Assembly (NCBI GenBank): GCA_002633005.1
Contig: NMRA01000145.1
Span: 337,898 to 401,897, forward strand
From: Phoronis australis
Lineage: Eukaryota > Animalia > Phoronida
Direction of reading: 5' to 3'
DNA: 64,000 bases
Shown: piece by piece, positions 28,101 through 38,612 of the stretch
Numbering within the stretch: the first letter of the stretch is position 1
How the letters are laid out: the number at the start of each line of letters is the position of its first letter
Notes under the pieces: generated by a model
The model's database searches: none
Told to the model about the DNA's origin: nothing
Seen by the model: only the letters and a program-made list of their open reading frames with translations
Made by a program: the position numbers and the translations under genes

Positions 28101-29464
28101 TTATTCAGTCTCCCATCTATTTTATGTGTTCTTAATGTGTCTAAATATCAAAAGCTAAAAAATTCAGGTTTGGTGAAGTTGTGAAATGTAACAATCACTG
28201 TTTTGTTTGTGTTTTTGTTTTCATGACAACACTTCTCCACAGTGCGACACTCGGGATTAGAAGGTCACAATGAAACGTTTGTGCTTGTGGTTAAAAACAC
28301 ATCAAAACTTCACTGCTGTTGTTCAACATATTGTGACGGGTTGTAGAGCTTGTTCAGAATCTTTTTAAAAAATAGTAACGTAAGAGTGGTTTTGAGAAGA
28401 AATGTAACGAAATTAGCAACTGTTCAGCAGAAAATATTGCAAGAAATGGAAGCATTGATACACTTAGAATGTTTCTAAATAAATTTACAGAATGCATTAC
28501 TGGTGAGCTGTCACATTGGTCTGTGGTTTGCCTGTAAGTGATAATAAGTGTCTTCTCAAATCACAATTTAATGATGTTTTAACCTTAAACCTACTCCTTT
28601 AATACCATATTTATTGTCATGTTATTGCAGTGCAGCCCACTCAATGTCATACTGGATAATAGATATCCTTGTAAATATCTTGAAATGTTAAAAATACTAA
28701 TTTTATCTCATTAAACCCATGTAAAGTTGCCGGCATAATGCCACACACTTTTTATCACGTTCCTTAGCTTTTCTATCGGAAAACTAACAGAACACAGCCT
28801 CGAGAGTAGAAAACAATCATTTCCCGTCTTGCTCTTAGATAAAAAACAAAGGACAATTTCGAACAAAAAGTATTATCGCTTAACTTTTTGGTAACTCCAT
28901 GCATAATATGTTCTCATCTTAATTTATAAGTAAAAGCTGTAAGCCCACCAATATTGTCTTGCCCAGGGCCGCGTTCCGTACACGCAAGAATCTTGTAATA
29001 CTAGTGCGGTGACATGCTTTGCCTCTGATGCATGGTGATATCTCGCTAAGTCTTGCGTTTTGGCAACATTCTTGCGTCTATGGAATGCTGCCCTGCTCTG
29101 CTTAGCAGGGTCAGCTTATGCAGTTGCGATCGTCACCAAGTCGGAACCCACTTAATAGGATATCCCGCTTATCATTATGATTTATGTTGAAACTGAGGGA
29201 ATAATATAAATCGGGCTCTACTGTAACATCTACAAGATCACCAACCTCATCCTCAGTAAAGAGTTCATTCTCGTTCTTAGGCAAGTTGCCATGTTCCGTG
29301 TATTTCTCTGGGTCAACATCCTTTTGTCTATCCGCCTCAGCTTGACGCCGCTGCTGGGAGCTCAGACCGAACCTCGACCAGTCTGGCTTGCCGTTGCCCA
29401 CATAGTCACGTTTCTCTTGCTCCGACATCAGTAAAGCACTCTCACTATCGTTTTCATCGGACAT
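6913..29464 (-). CDS. SLC12A8: Solute carrier family 12 member 8 (CCC9), complete 13-exon CDS, 706 aa
   Basis: Hand-assembled exons, all GT-AG and phase-consistent: 29246-29464, 23282-23422, 22535-22726, 21530-21653, 19929-20042, 19268-19381, 18709-18796, 16983-17070, 16069-16215 (or 15600-15746), 14025-14493, 13139-13227, 11352-11469, 6913-7130; total 2121 nt. SLC12A8-type motifs: [89 protein letters not shown]. Confidence 0.93.
7565..7701. mobile_element. MITE-like element with ~26-bp imperfect TIRs
   Basis: agaccaccaaaactttactcaagactc ... gagtcttaagtaaagcttggtggtct. Confidence 0.6.
7886..7891 (-). terminator. Polyadenylation signal AATAAA of the nested PDE gene
   Basis: AATAAA begins 8 nt after the PDE stop codon and is followed ~25 nt later by a T-rich tract (7844-7860 on the - strand). 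Confidence 0.55.
7900..10473 (-). CDS. PDE10A: Intronless PDE10A-like cyclic nucleotide phosphodiesterase (GAF-A, GAF-B, class I catalytic domain), 857 aa from ATG 10473; nested in the last SLC12A8 intron
   Basis: Uninterrupted ORF, start context gcaaccATG. Catalytic motifs [59 protein letters not shown] match PDE10A as recalled. N-terminal [11 protein letters not shown] resembles PDE10A GLTDEKVKAYL. Two GAF-like regions (LICLPI; LVCMPI..VNK). Confidence 0.9.
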   Translation of the reverse strand: MSDPQWQVSRRRRSPFPGHYSANVWETRCIRDDHSPSTLPHSKTSASSISTSGKADDSHSSHGLDIEQVKAYLLTDRELLKSLVIKHVSREDLVKIIARKRKLEKATNAKPQVPVYTEGPQATTKGLVEYFVKEAKKEASLANNSEKWNISKLYRELGKVIHNAVQADCLDIYVANMGESTIKSKVFSLRDGVVHPCSGGAQEISCVAKFVAKYHESVLVEDVISDRRFDDLNCLSLICLPIFSGKREFLGAIEVKRNCDRPPFTEQHFQTANAFNVLMTVGIQQVIKSENDKRKRNLYQFLLEVTMDMFGDVTQYIGLVGKIMTHAKDLVGAERCIVQVLDKAKRELIVELVDKGKFDSGAPTYYKPNKPIRYQVNDTCLSGVVMKDKSVVIKNTGDQIFACCCEDIENLCEVKAKNLVCMPILCQGAFIGLFLLVNKNGNGVFDAADIDMLEAYQKYFSLALNYSKLYAEMELKENCADIAIEQLQCQAMIQDSGMISDLAFNLALDTIPDDFESHLFVVPENMMDKLSQLFVYMVKNLFGEVFNENKLLNFTETVRRNYRAVPYHNWEHAFYVTHTMYLILKDQVIHSQLGESEAMALLIACICHDLDHRGYNNKFFEVLDLPMAALYSTSIMEQHHFQTTVLILQQESNSIFELLPEDKYKEMLEMIRHAIISTDLGLFFGNNKPVMEQILRDNIFNFNMPEHRDVTTAVMMTASDLCNASKPWVQQVKNVKSIYDEFYIQGDVERERGNVPIPMMDRENKAKMADQQTGFMKFVCIPLYTTLGKVIPLVCKMAETVEENWKKWERVGQGEDIPPWDATFPSKMGINSHWVVKPVHTVKSLIQAENILTLKDD
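11352..11469 (-). CDS. SLC12A8: SLC12A8 coding exon 12
   Basis: ttgtag|[40 protein letters not shown]|gtgagt, 118 nt, phase 1 out. Confidence 0.9.
13139..13227 (-). CDS. SLC12A8: SLC12A8 coding exon 11
   Basis: ttttcag|(D)[29 protein letters not shown]|gtaagt, 89 nt. Confidence 0.88.
14025..14493 (-). CDS. SLC12A8: SLC12A8 coding exon 10
   Basis: tttacag|[14 protein letters not shown]...[14 protein letters not shown]...LLEGT|gtatgt, 469 nt. Confidence 0.92.
15600..15746 (-). CDS. SLC12A8: SLC12A8 exon 9B (duplicated TM8 exon, putative mutually exclusive)
   Basis: cctgtag|[49 protein letters not shown]|gtgaga, 147 nt. Same length and phase as 9A, ungapped homology, no stops. Confidence 0.85.
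16069..16215 (-). CDS. SLC12A8: SLC12A8 exon 9A (TM8, canonical-like)
   Basis: ctcctag|[49 protein letters not shown]|gtaagt, 147 nt. Confidence 0.92.
16983..17070 (-). CDS. SLC12A8: SLC12A8 coding exon 8 (TM7)
   Basis: tttcag|(S)[29 protein letters not shown]|gtaggg, 88 nt, phase 2->0. Confidence 0.88.
17707..17779 (-). CDS. Candidate alternative SLC12A8 exon 8' (TM7 variant)
   Basis: tttattattttgtttag|73 nt|gtgagt. Open in the phase 2->0 frame shared with exon 8: (S)[24 protein letters not shown]. Confidence 0.35.
18266..18589. mobile_element. MITE-like element with 13-bp perfect TIRs
   Basis: agagaatggattc ... gaatccattctct; internal ttgtcaca repeats. Confidence 0.6.
18709..18796 (-). 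CDS. SLC12A8: SLC12A8 coding exon 7
   Basis: cag|(G)[28 protein letters not shown](S)|gtagga, 88 nt, phase 1->2. Confidence 0.9.
19268..19381 (-). CDS. SLC12A8: SLC12A8 coding exon 6
   Basis: cag|(A)DGVVGYS...[13 protein letters not shown]|gtaggt, 114 nt. Confidence 0.92.
19929..20042 (-). CDS. SLC12A8: SLC12A8 coding exon 5
   Basis: cag|(G)[37 protein letters not shown]|gtaagc, 114 nt. Confidence 0.9.
21530..21653 (-). CDS. SLC12A8: SLC12A8 coding exon 4
   Basis: cag|[16 protein letters not shown]...GVLFLLL-G|gtaaca, 124 nt. Confidence 0.9.
21825..21940. repeat. 48-bp minisatellite x2.4
   Basis: Unit acataaacagacatgccactacaagccgagtaaaaagtctggtctcat. Confidence 0.85.
22535..22726 (-). CDS. 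SLC12A8: SLC12A8 coding exon 3
   Basis: cag|[12 protein letters not shown]...[27 protein letters not shown]|gtaatg, 192 nt. Confidence 0.92.
23282..23422 (-). CDS. SLC12A8: SLC12A8 coding exon 2 (TM1)
   Basis: tttcag|[47 protein letters not shown]|gtaggt, 141 nt. Confidence 0.92.
28964..29095. mobile_element. MITE-like element with ~28-bp TIRs (related, degraded copy at ~33555-33685)
   Basis: cagggccgcgttccgtacacgcaagaat ... attcttgcgtctatggaatgctgccctg. Confidence 0.65.
29246..29464 (-). CDS. SLC12A8: SLC12A8 coding exon 1 (MSDENDSE...LFTEDE)
   Basis: ATG at 29464 lies inside an exon starting at acceptor cttttgtag|29499. Donor GAG|GTTGGT is phase 0 and matches the next exon. Confidence 0.75.
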
Positions 29465-30844
29465 GCTTCCCTGTCGGCCAGACACCCAGTGACTACGCTC
29501 TACAAAAGCAGTGAAATGAAATGTCACAAAAATGAAAATTTAGACAGCAAGTGGCCCCTGAGAAAGCATGAAATGGATTTTTGCTAAATACAATTTAAAG
29601 TTTTTGTGAGCATGAGCAGAATTATGATGAACTGTATTCATTTTCACTCACAAATATGTCACTTGAAACCACCACCCCATAACAGTATCACAGTGGTAAT
29701 TTTAACGCCATGACGACAGCAAAGAATTTATGTAAACAGGGTGACTTCCCACTGCTTTAAAGTTTTTTATGCACCCTGTTAACTATGCCGATGTATAACA
29801 GGAATTAAACGACAATGCTATTTTAACATAAGCTACGCTAAACAAAGTACAGTTGTATTCAATGACACCTTGTAAATGTGAAAACAAAAAATTCTGCAAA
29901 AAGATGACCTTTGCACTAATGACGTACCTCGCGGGCTCACAAATTAGCCCGCATCATGCTGTGTTATTCCCCAGCACCAAATCACGATATGTACTAAACA
30001 TGGTTCAGTCATTTGTGGCGAATCATTTTAGACACAAAACTTGTTCTTAAAAACATTCGACAGTTTTCAACGTACTTCATGTTCACATCCCCATTACTAG
30101 TGTATGGTGTGCTTCGAATTTGTCCACGCAATCAGATAAGGAACTTGCCTGCAACGGTTTAATTTAAATCTCTACACATGATATAGGTGAACTCAATGCA
30201 GGTGGTGCTGAACATATGTCTACAAAACACTTCTTCAAGCAAAAGAGATTATTTCATTGTCAGCACTGATTTTTGAAAACGCTTATTGACACAGATTCCC
30301 AAAAGGCCTCGAGTTTGCGCTCACCTCCCAAATTTCGATGAGCATTTATTGACTATTAAGCCGCCTTTACGCCGGAGACAGTAAATTTGTCACAGAGCAA
30401 CTAATAGGGAACAGCTGATCGAATGCAAGAGTGTAAGCACAACTGACAAAGACCAAGTTCACACCGCGGCAACAATTTTTGACACTGCTTTGAAAGGTAG
30501 AGCAAGTTGCACTCCATCAGCTGTACAAGTTTCAACTACACGTCAATCATCTAAACCAAACTGGAGCAAGGCAGAAAGAATCATCTCCGTTACACTTGCG
30601 TAATAGCGTAGATATGAGTGATTCGCTAGCACTCCAGGTGGTTTGGACGTTCGCTATTGTTCATGCAAGCATACACAGACAATCTTACTGTAAATGACTC
30701 ATGCTGATCTAGTTTGTGATCTAATGTCGTGTAAATGCGTCTAAAGTGGAGCAAATCACGGCCGTCACAACTCCCACCATGACAACTGCTGTGCAGTGTG
30801 TTCTTTTCAAGTGATGGGAAATTTCAGAAGACTTACCTTCACGT

Positions 30845-30994
30845 TAATTGTACATTATGCTCTTGCAAAGACAAGAATGGTAATTGTACATTATGCTCTT
30901 GCAAAGACAAGAATGGTAATTGTACATTATGCTCTTGCAAAGACAAGAATGGTAATTGTACATTATGCTCTTGCAAAGACAAGAATGGTAATTG
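30845..30994. repeat. 36-bp perfect minisatellite x4
   Basis: Unit taattgtacattatgctcttgcaaagacaagaatgg. Confidence 0.92.
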
Positions 30995-33765
30995 CCTCCG
31001 ACTTGCTTAAAACAGTGGGTTTAAATAATAACAGGTCATTACAATGTCATTATGCAACACACTGGCATGGTAATGACTGAATGAGACATTAAGATGGAAA
31101 AACACTGGTCAACAACCGAGTAAATCCAGTGAGCGATAAAATCAATATAATTTTGTTATCACACCTGAGAGGGATGTGATCCATAATACAAACACTTGCA
31201 AAACACTCGTGGTAAGAAATCTCCTCTAATGGCACTGAAACCGACGGATTTCTCCCACAATTTAGCATTTCAGGCAATCATTTCTGTGACGTACACCGTA
31301 CTCTATTTTGCTTGTCTACACTTAGTAGGCCCCAAATGTATTTACAAAAGACTTGCTCTTCACGTGAGAGATATACTTAGCCACTCACAAAGTCGACAAT
31401 GTGACTAAAAAGGCGCTCAAGGCAAACAGAAGTTCACTGGCTGGTCGCGCAGGTTGCAGGTGAATTATCAGTGAGAGCTATTAGGCACTTCACTGTTTTT
31501 TGTGTGGAGTTCAAAGAAATAAATCGTTTCTCCCAGCGTTTTTTTTTGCTTAACAGACGTTAAGCACATTTCAGAAGATAAAAATCATTTCAAGTCATTT
31601 TGTTGCTGTTAGGCATGCAAACTAAGTTTTGAGTTTTGTTGTTGGAAATGGAGCTTACCAAGAACTTTCACTCTCTGCCACTAGTTTAACTTTCAAGAGA
31701 ATCTGTCTTTTCTCATGGTTCTGAAAACTCATGTTTACACAATTCCAAAGTTTCCTACAGGAAAGGTGAGGTCATGTGAAATTGTTCGCAGGTCCAATAT
31801 GTCGTAGATCTACTCCCAAAGTCTAAAAACAGCTTAACCTAATAACTAAGAACCCCCCTCCCCGATCTCTTAGCTGAATCTTGCATGAAGTTCAATAATG
31901 CTAAGTGCCTCGATAGAAAAGCAAGATACCACCAAATTCCGTAAGATATAGCCGTGCATTTTGAATAAGAGCACATGATTTTGACTACATTTTTCTGCCT
32001 TCGAGAGTTATTGAACTCCACTCTGGTTTTATCACACAAGGGATGATCGACACCCACAGTGCAATTTGCAGGTGAGAAAACAAGGATTGGTTGAACTTGG
32101 GTGGTGTCTGTGCAGTAAGTTATGAAATTAATGGTATTTCACTCGTTAAATATATTTATGTGAACACATGAACTCGTCTTGTCCTTTCGCCCCATTTTTC
32201 CTCATTTCAGACTAGTCCACCAATTCCTCTGTGCAGGACTACACCTCACTTTCCTAGCCTTCTTATTCGACTAGCGTTATTATTACATGCCATGAGTTTG
32301 GTCAGCACATGGTTCTAAACATGGTTCTAATAGGCTGATGATTGTCACATGTCCTTAGGTATTCCTCTGTTATCCAATCTCCTGTTTCAGTTCATCTTCT
32401 TTGTGATTATTGGCCACATCCACATACATCCTAAAACTTATCCATTTTTTCCCACCCACAACCATCCTTCATTTCGGCATTTTCTCCATTGCCCATTAAA
32501 CCAGAGATCATTATTTTTTATTTTACTTATTTTGTATTCTATAACTATTACGCGTAATTGTATTCATGATACGAGAACTTGTATCATCTACCTCGGTTTC
32601 CTTTTCATCTCTAGTAACAAGCTTGCGACGTACATATCATTTATACGTTATTCAGGATATATTGTCACAATAAAATGCATGCCATTGTATAACATAGAAT
32701 GTCAAACAATCAGAACTTGGCTCTTTATGAAATGTGGTTCAAATGAGTTTATTTTGAACATCACCGATCCTCACCATAAGCATATGGTAGGTGAAGAAAA
32801 TGTTGGCACCCCCCCCCGTTGTTTGCCAAACTCAATACAAGACATCCAAACTTGTTACTGCAACAAGTCCTAACACTGATATCACCTGATAGGAATTTAA
32901 CTTTATGTTCAAATGTTCTATAGTTCTTTGGTGTATTAATTTGACTAATCCCTATGAGTGAAGTTGAAACATGCCCAGTGGTACCAATTTCAGTACCACA
33001 GATAATAAAATTGCTTTTGTGACCATATGAAACATGCCAACGTTCAGTTTACCGATTTTCCGCAAAATTTAGTGAAAAAAGTACTAGTTAAAACATTGGA
33101 GTCCCATGTGTCGCTGTGGCATAATTGTGATTACATCGGTTCATATGAACAGCCATAGTATGCATAATGATACTTATCCAATACAATAGACAATAGGAAA
33201 TACAATAGGAAATACAATAACCTGAATGGAAATGTATATAAACTTTTCTTAGAATCCTGGCGACTTCAAAAGTCTGGGTGAAGCAGCACCAGTCAACATA
33301 GTTGGCAATTCTCTGCTTATCTCGCACAAAATAAATTGCCAAAATTGGCATTTTCTAATTTTTAAAGGCTCATTACCTTATGGCAAATACTGGAAAATTC
33401 AACAAGTGTTGTCTCGTGACAACCACACAGTTCAGACCATGGTTGTAGCAGACAGGAATGTTCTTAATCTTTATTTTTCTGAAGAAATTTGACAAAATAA
33501 AATTTCACTCGTCCGCTATATTCCATGGGTAAATAAGTGAAGAATTACAATACGTGGGCTGCGTTCCGTCGAAAGCACAAGATCCCATGAGTCTTCGCTA
33601 CGTACTAATATGCATTGGAAGCTGGAAAGCACATGATCACACTAGTTTTTCACGTGATTGTTTTGCGTCTACAGAACGCTGTTGTTGTATATGATCGTCA
33701 TTAAATTTACGCTCTGTCTGGAGGTTGCACGCAACTTGCAAGTCTCATTTTAGAAACTACAGATA

Positions 33766-33832
33766 GACTCATCACTACAGAATAAGGGTAGTACAGGTGA
33801 CTCATCACTACAGAATAAGGGTAGTATAGGTG
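33766..33832. repeat. 33-bp direct repeat x2
   Basis: Unit gactcatcactacagaataagggtagtacaggt. Confidence 0.85.
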
Positions 33833-36147
33833 TAGTTTCTTTGAAGTTTAATTGTGAAAAAAGCATGCGTCTCAAGCAACAAAGCTCTTGACATTAATCC
33901 CAGAAATCAGTTCTAATCTGACGGTGAAAAAGAAGTTGCGATAGTTTAACATATTTGGAATGTGACATAAAATCAAAAATTTTACTTTTTGACAGTAGGT
34001 GATTTATAGCACCTTTTAAAATGATTACGCACTATAATGTAAAAGGTCGCATGCAGGAACACGATAGACAACATTAACAAGGAAGTTCAGTATGTCTTTA
34101 AATTACTAACATTTTGATATCACAAATCATTTATGATATCAAAATGATATTAACTGGTTTTCTAGTATATTTTCCATGCAGAAAGTAGGCCAGGAAATAT
34201 ATTTATTCTGACACAACTTCTTATCCTGAGCCTAGATCAAGATTAGGTAAGTACTCCAATCCTAGGCATTCAAAAGATGGCCAAGACCGCCGCTGCATAA
34301 AACCCAGTGCCCAAGCCACATCACTCTAATAACTCCAGACCACTTTAGTCGATATAGAATTCTCCAGAGTTCGTATTGAACGGCAGTACTAATCACCTCA
34401 AATTGGCGTGAATACTACATAGCAATGACACTTTGATCACAGAGTCGGATGACCATGATGAATGTATGAGGAAATTTAGCATCAAAAGTCGACGACAGGT
34501 CATCACTGTGGAGGAAATTACATACATTTTGGAAGTGTAAGCAACTGATGATTCAAAAGTTAAAGAGATTTCTGCGTGACGTACCATACTCATAAGTTTT
34601 GGATACACAAGGATAGCCCACGCAAATGAAATTTAGTTAAAAATTGAAAGAGATCTTAGGCAAGAAATGCTTCAGTGAAGTATTGGACTCATTTCATGCT
34701 CACTAATTGGACAATAAGAATTCAAAGAAAACTGCTACAGTGATACCAGAGAGCTATCACAAAACCACATTTTTTAAACTTTCCACATGAATGAGATACT
34801 GTAAGTGGATTAATTTATGTCTACAAATATGATCTATGAAATCAAAAACATACATAAAGTCACATATAGTAACATTTACTGGATGATTTCGCTTTCAACC
34901 AACTGAGCTATATCGTTTATTAAAAAAGACAAAAAAATTACCTGACTGAAACAACCCATTTCAGAATCAACAAAAAAGTGGCAGTAAGTCAAGTTGCTGA
35001 AGGGTTTTAAATTTGCACACCACACTTGAAGTTCAAATAATGAGTTGCCGCTCCAGACAAATAATTGAAAAGAGATAATTTTGCTCTTGAAAGAGGTGAA
35101 CAGAGCATTTGCTAATTGGGGATGAGCAAATAGGGGCATTGCAATGACACAGCTGAGTAAAACGGGGTTGTGTAAAAAGGAACAGACGTGCAAAAATAAA
35201 CAGAGAGCCAACATCATTAAACATGAGTTTTTGTTCATTTCAGAAACAAGGTGAAAGCAGCGCGGTGTTTGTCTGTTTAAGCCCACTCCGCACCAAAAAA
35301 TCAATATTTGAACTCCGAAATATGGTAAAATCTCACTTATTTCGAACAAAAAAAGTTTTCAAAATTGTCTTACTAATTTTTCAAAGGCGTTTACCATTTA
35401 ACTCACCTTTGCCAGGTTGCATAAAACTTCAAAATTATATGCTGGATAAGTTTGATTGTTGCATGACGTCTGGCGCATAAATGTTCAACAAACTACAACA
35501 TGGCGCGTTATAATGCGACATCATTGTTACAGTATGGCGTATAACTTTCATGCCACTGGGCCCTGCAGTTTTTCAAAATATCATCTGAGGGTAGATATCG
35601 TACAGAAAGGGAGGACCATTAGATTTGGTGTTACACGTCTTTAATGGAAAAAAAACAACAAAATAATATTTCACCTGTTCAACATATTGTGCCCTAAATT
35701 GGTGAACTTAACCCTTTTATATTGTCAAAAAGTAAAATTAGCACAAACCCTCAAAATACATCAAAACCTGCAAATACGTATATGGTAACACAAAACAGAG
35801 TACACAGCCTCATGTACAGTGAAAACAGGGTAATTAATACAAAATACAGTCGTCAAGCAAAATTCTATTTGTCAAATTTCTCCAAAAATAAAGATCAACG
35901 TTTTACTCTATTCCTAGCATGGCGTGTACTGTAAAGATATCATTAAAAACAACTAGTGGCAAATTTTCTAATATTTGAAGTGTAGTAATCAGCTTTTGAA
36001 AAATAGAAAACTGGCATTTTTGGGAATTATTTTTGTGCCAAATGAGTGGAGAATTACCCTAGCAAGCTTTGACGGCATCACATGACATTTTTTAGAGACA
36101 AAATGATGCGACTATCAAGTAAAGAGAAGGTAGTGTTATCATTCTCA

Positions 36148-36363
36148 CAGGCGGCGCAGCACTGAAAAAAGTGGGGGTGGCTAAATCCTCTTCAGCCCCC
36201 CCTGTGGTGCACTGCCTATAGACTATGTGTGGCATAGCACTGAAAAAAGTGGGGGGTGGGGGCTAAAGCCTCTTCAGCCCCCCTGTGGTGCACCGCCTAT
36301 AGACTATGTGCGGCACAGCACTGAAAAAAGTGGGGGCTACAGCCCCCTGTGGTGTGCCGCCCA
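36148..36363. repeat. Three tandem G/C-tract hairpin units (MITE-like)
   Basis: Unit gcggc..gcactgaaaaaagtggggg..ct..agccccc(c)tgtggtg..ccgcc. Confidence 0.7.
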
Positions 36364-38612
36364 TGAATATGACAGCATGTCAGCAACTTTTAAGATAACA
36401 TCGATATAAATTTCTTCATTTAACCAAATACTTCCGTAAATGATTAGAAATATGGACATAAAATGACTTTTTCCATGGGAGTAGTTACAAGTATAACTTC
36501 TCTGTGTCCCTTGCTTCAGTTTATAAACGTCTACTAGTAATTGAGATGATCAGTAATGACTTAATAGGATCCAGAGATATTATTACCATAAAATCTCTCC
36601 AATTTCACTACAAAATAATGAACACTTTTAAAGGGCTTCTAACATTGCTTCAGATGACAACAGTTTCTCAAAAATATCCTCTGGTGGATACTAAGGTATA
36701 CGTCTTAAAACAAAAAGCATTTATTTGTTGCGTACCTATCCTCTACAAAAAATGAAAAATATAAATCTCATTTGTCTGCAATACTGTATCCTGAACCGGA
36801 TAGATTTTACAAAAAAATTAATGAGCAAATAAAATTGACAGCTGACTTGCTAGGTTGCAGTGTACTTCACATTTATTTCTATTTCTATAATTCAAAAACG
36901 AATCACGATACTCAACCAACAAATGAAACATGAGAGCATGAAATGCAGCAAAGTAAGAGACAGTGTATTAAAAGTGGCCAATAAAAAGAAAAGAGTGCAT
37001 CAACTGTTACCAAATAAAAGACATGCACATCAGATTTAGCTAATCAACAGACAAGCACATCAGATTCAGCCAATCAAAAGACAAGGGCATTAAATGTAGC
37101 CAATCAAAAGAAAAAAGTGTGTTTAACTGTTACCCATTAAAAGACTTAAGTATATCAGATGTAGCCAATCAAAAGACCAGTATGGTACACTAAATGCAGC
37201 CAATCAAATGATTAAGTAGCTCACATGCAGCCAAGCAAAAGAAATGTCAAAAGTATTCAGACAAAACAACCCAGAATTCCCATCATGAAGGCTGGGCAGA
37301 TACTGAATTTATCATCAGAGCAGTTTTACCTGGTAAACGAGAGTCAAGACAAATTCATAAGAAAGTTAGAAGAAGTTAGGTGAATTTTATCGCAATAATA
37401 GTCATTACCAGTCATTTTTGTCACGGCGGGAGAAATTGTATTTTATTTGAAAAATNTATGTGCGGCATAGCACTGAAAAAAGTGGAGGGGGGCTACAGAC
37501 CCCTGTGGTGTGCCGCCTATGAATATGAAAGCATGTCGGCAACTTGTAAGACAACATCAATATAAATTTCTTCATTAAACCAAATACTTCCATAAATGAT
37601 TAGAAATGTGGACATAAAATGACTTTTTTCATGGAAATAGTTACAAGTATAACTTCTCTGTGTCCCTTGCTCCAGTTTATAAACATCTACTAGTAATTGA
37701 GACGATCAGTAATGACGTAATAGGATCCAGAGATATTATTACCATAAAATCTCTCCAATTTCACTACGAAATAATGAACACTTTTAAAGGGCTTCTAACA
37801 TTGCTTCAGATGACAACAGTTTCTCAAAACTATCCTCTGGTGGATACTAAGGTATACGACTTAAAACAAAAAGCATTTTATTTGTTGCGTACCTATCCTC
37901 TACAAAAATGAAAAATATAAATCTCATTTGTCTGCAATACTGTATCCTGAACCGGATAGATTTTACAAAAAAATTAATGAGCAAATAAAATTGACACCTG
38001 ACTTGCTAGGTTGCAGTGTACTTCACTTTTATTTCTATTTCTATAATTCAAAAACGAATCACGATACTCAACCAACAAATGAAACATGAGAGCATGAAAT
38101 GCAGCAAAGTAAGAGATGAGTGTATTAAATGTGGCCAATAAAAAGAAAAGAGTGCATCAACTGTTACCAAATAAAAGACATGCACATCAGATTTAGCTAA
38201 TCAACAGACAAGCACATCAGATTCAGCCAATCACAAGACAAGGGCATTAAATGTAGCCAATCAAAAGAAAAAAGTGTGTTTAACTGTTACCCATTAAAAG
38301 ACTTAAGTATATCAGATGTAGCCAATCAAAAGACCAGTATGGTACACTAAATACAGCCAATCAAATGATTAAGTAGCTCACATGCAGCCAATCAAAAGAC
38401 ATGTCAAAAGTATTCAGACAAAACAACCCAGAATTCCCATCATGAAGGCTGGGCAGATACTGAATATATCATCAGAGCAGTTTTACCTGGTAAACGAGAG
38501 TCAAGACAAATTCATAAGAAAGTTAGAAGAAGTTAGGTGAATTTTATCGCAATAATAGTCATTACCAGTCATTTTTGTCACGGCGGGAGAAATTGTATTT
38601 TATTTGAAAAAT
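36305..38612. repeat. Tandem ~1.15-kb duplication 36305-37455 / 37457-38612 split by N (probable allelic overlap)
   Basis: Copies abut the single N at 37456 and differ by SNP-level changes and small indels. Confidence 0.8.

Noticed and set aside
30796-31080. Cys-rich repetitive peptide (NGNCTLCSCKDK)n resembling a metallothionein
   Set aside because: Translation of a perfect 36-bp minisatellite with no synonymous variation and no gene structure.
32349-32873. 174-aa ORF (and the 157-aa ORF at 34876-35349)
   Set aside because: Low-complexity, composition-driven translations without motifs or exon structure.
36305-38612. Real recent tandem duplications (also 1-1180 and 51181-54262)
   Set aside because: Each junction coincides with a single-N contig join and the divergence looks allelic, so an assembly artefact is more parsimonious.
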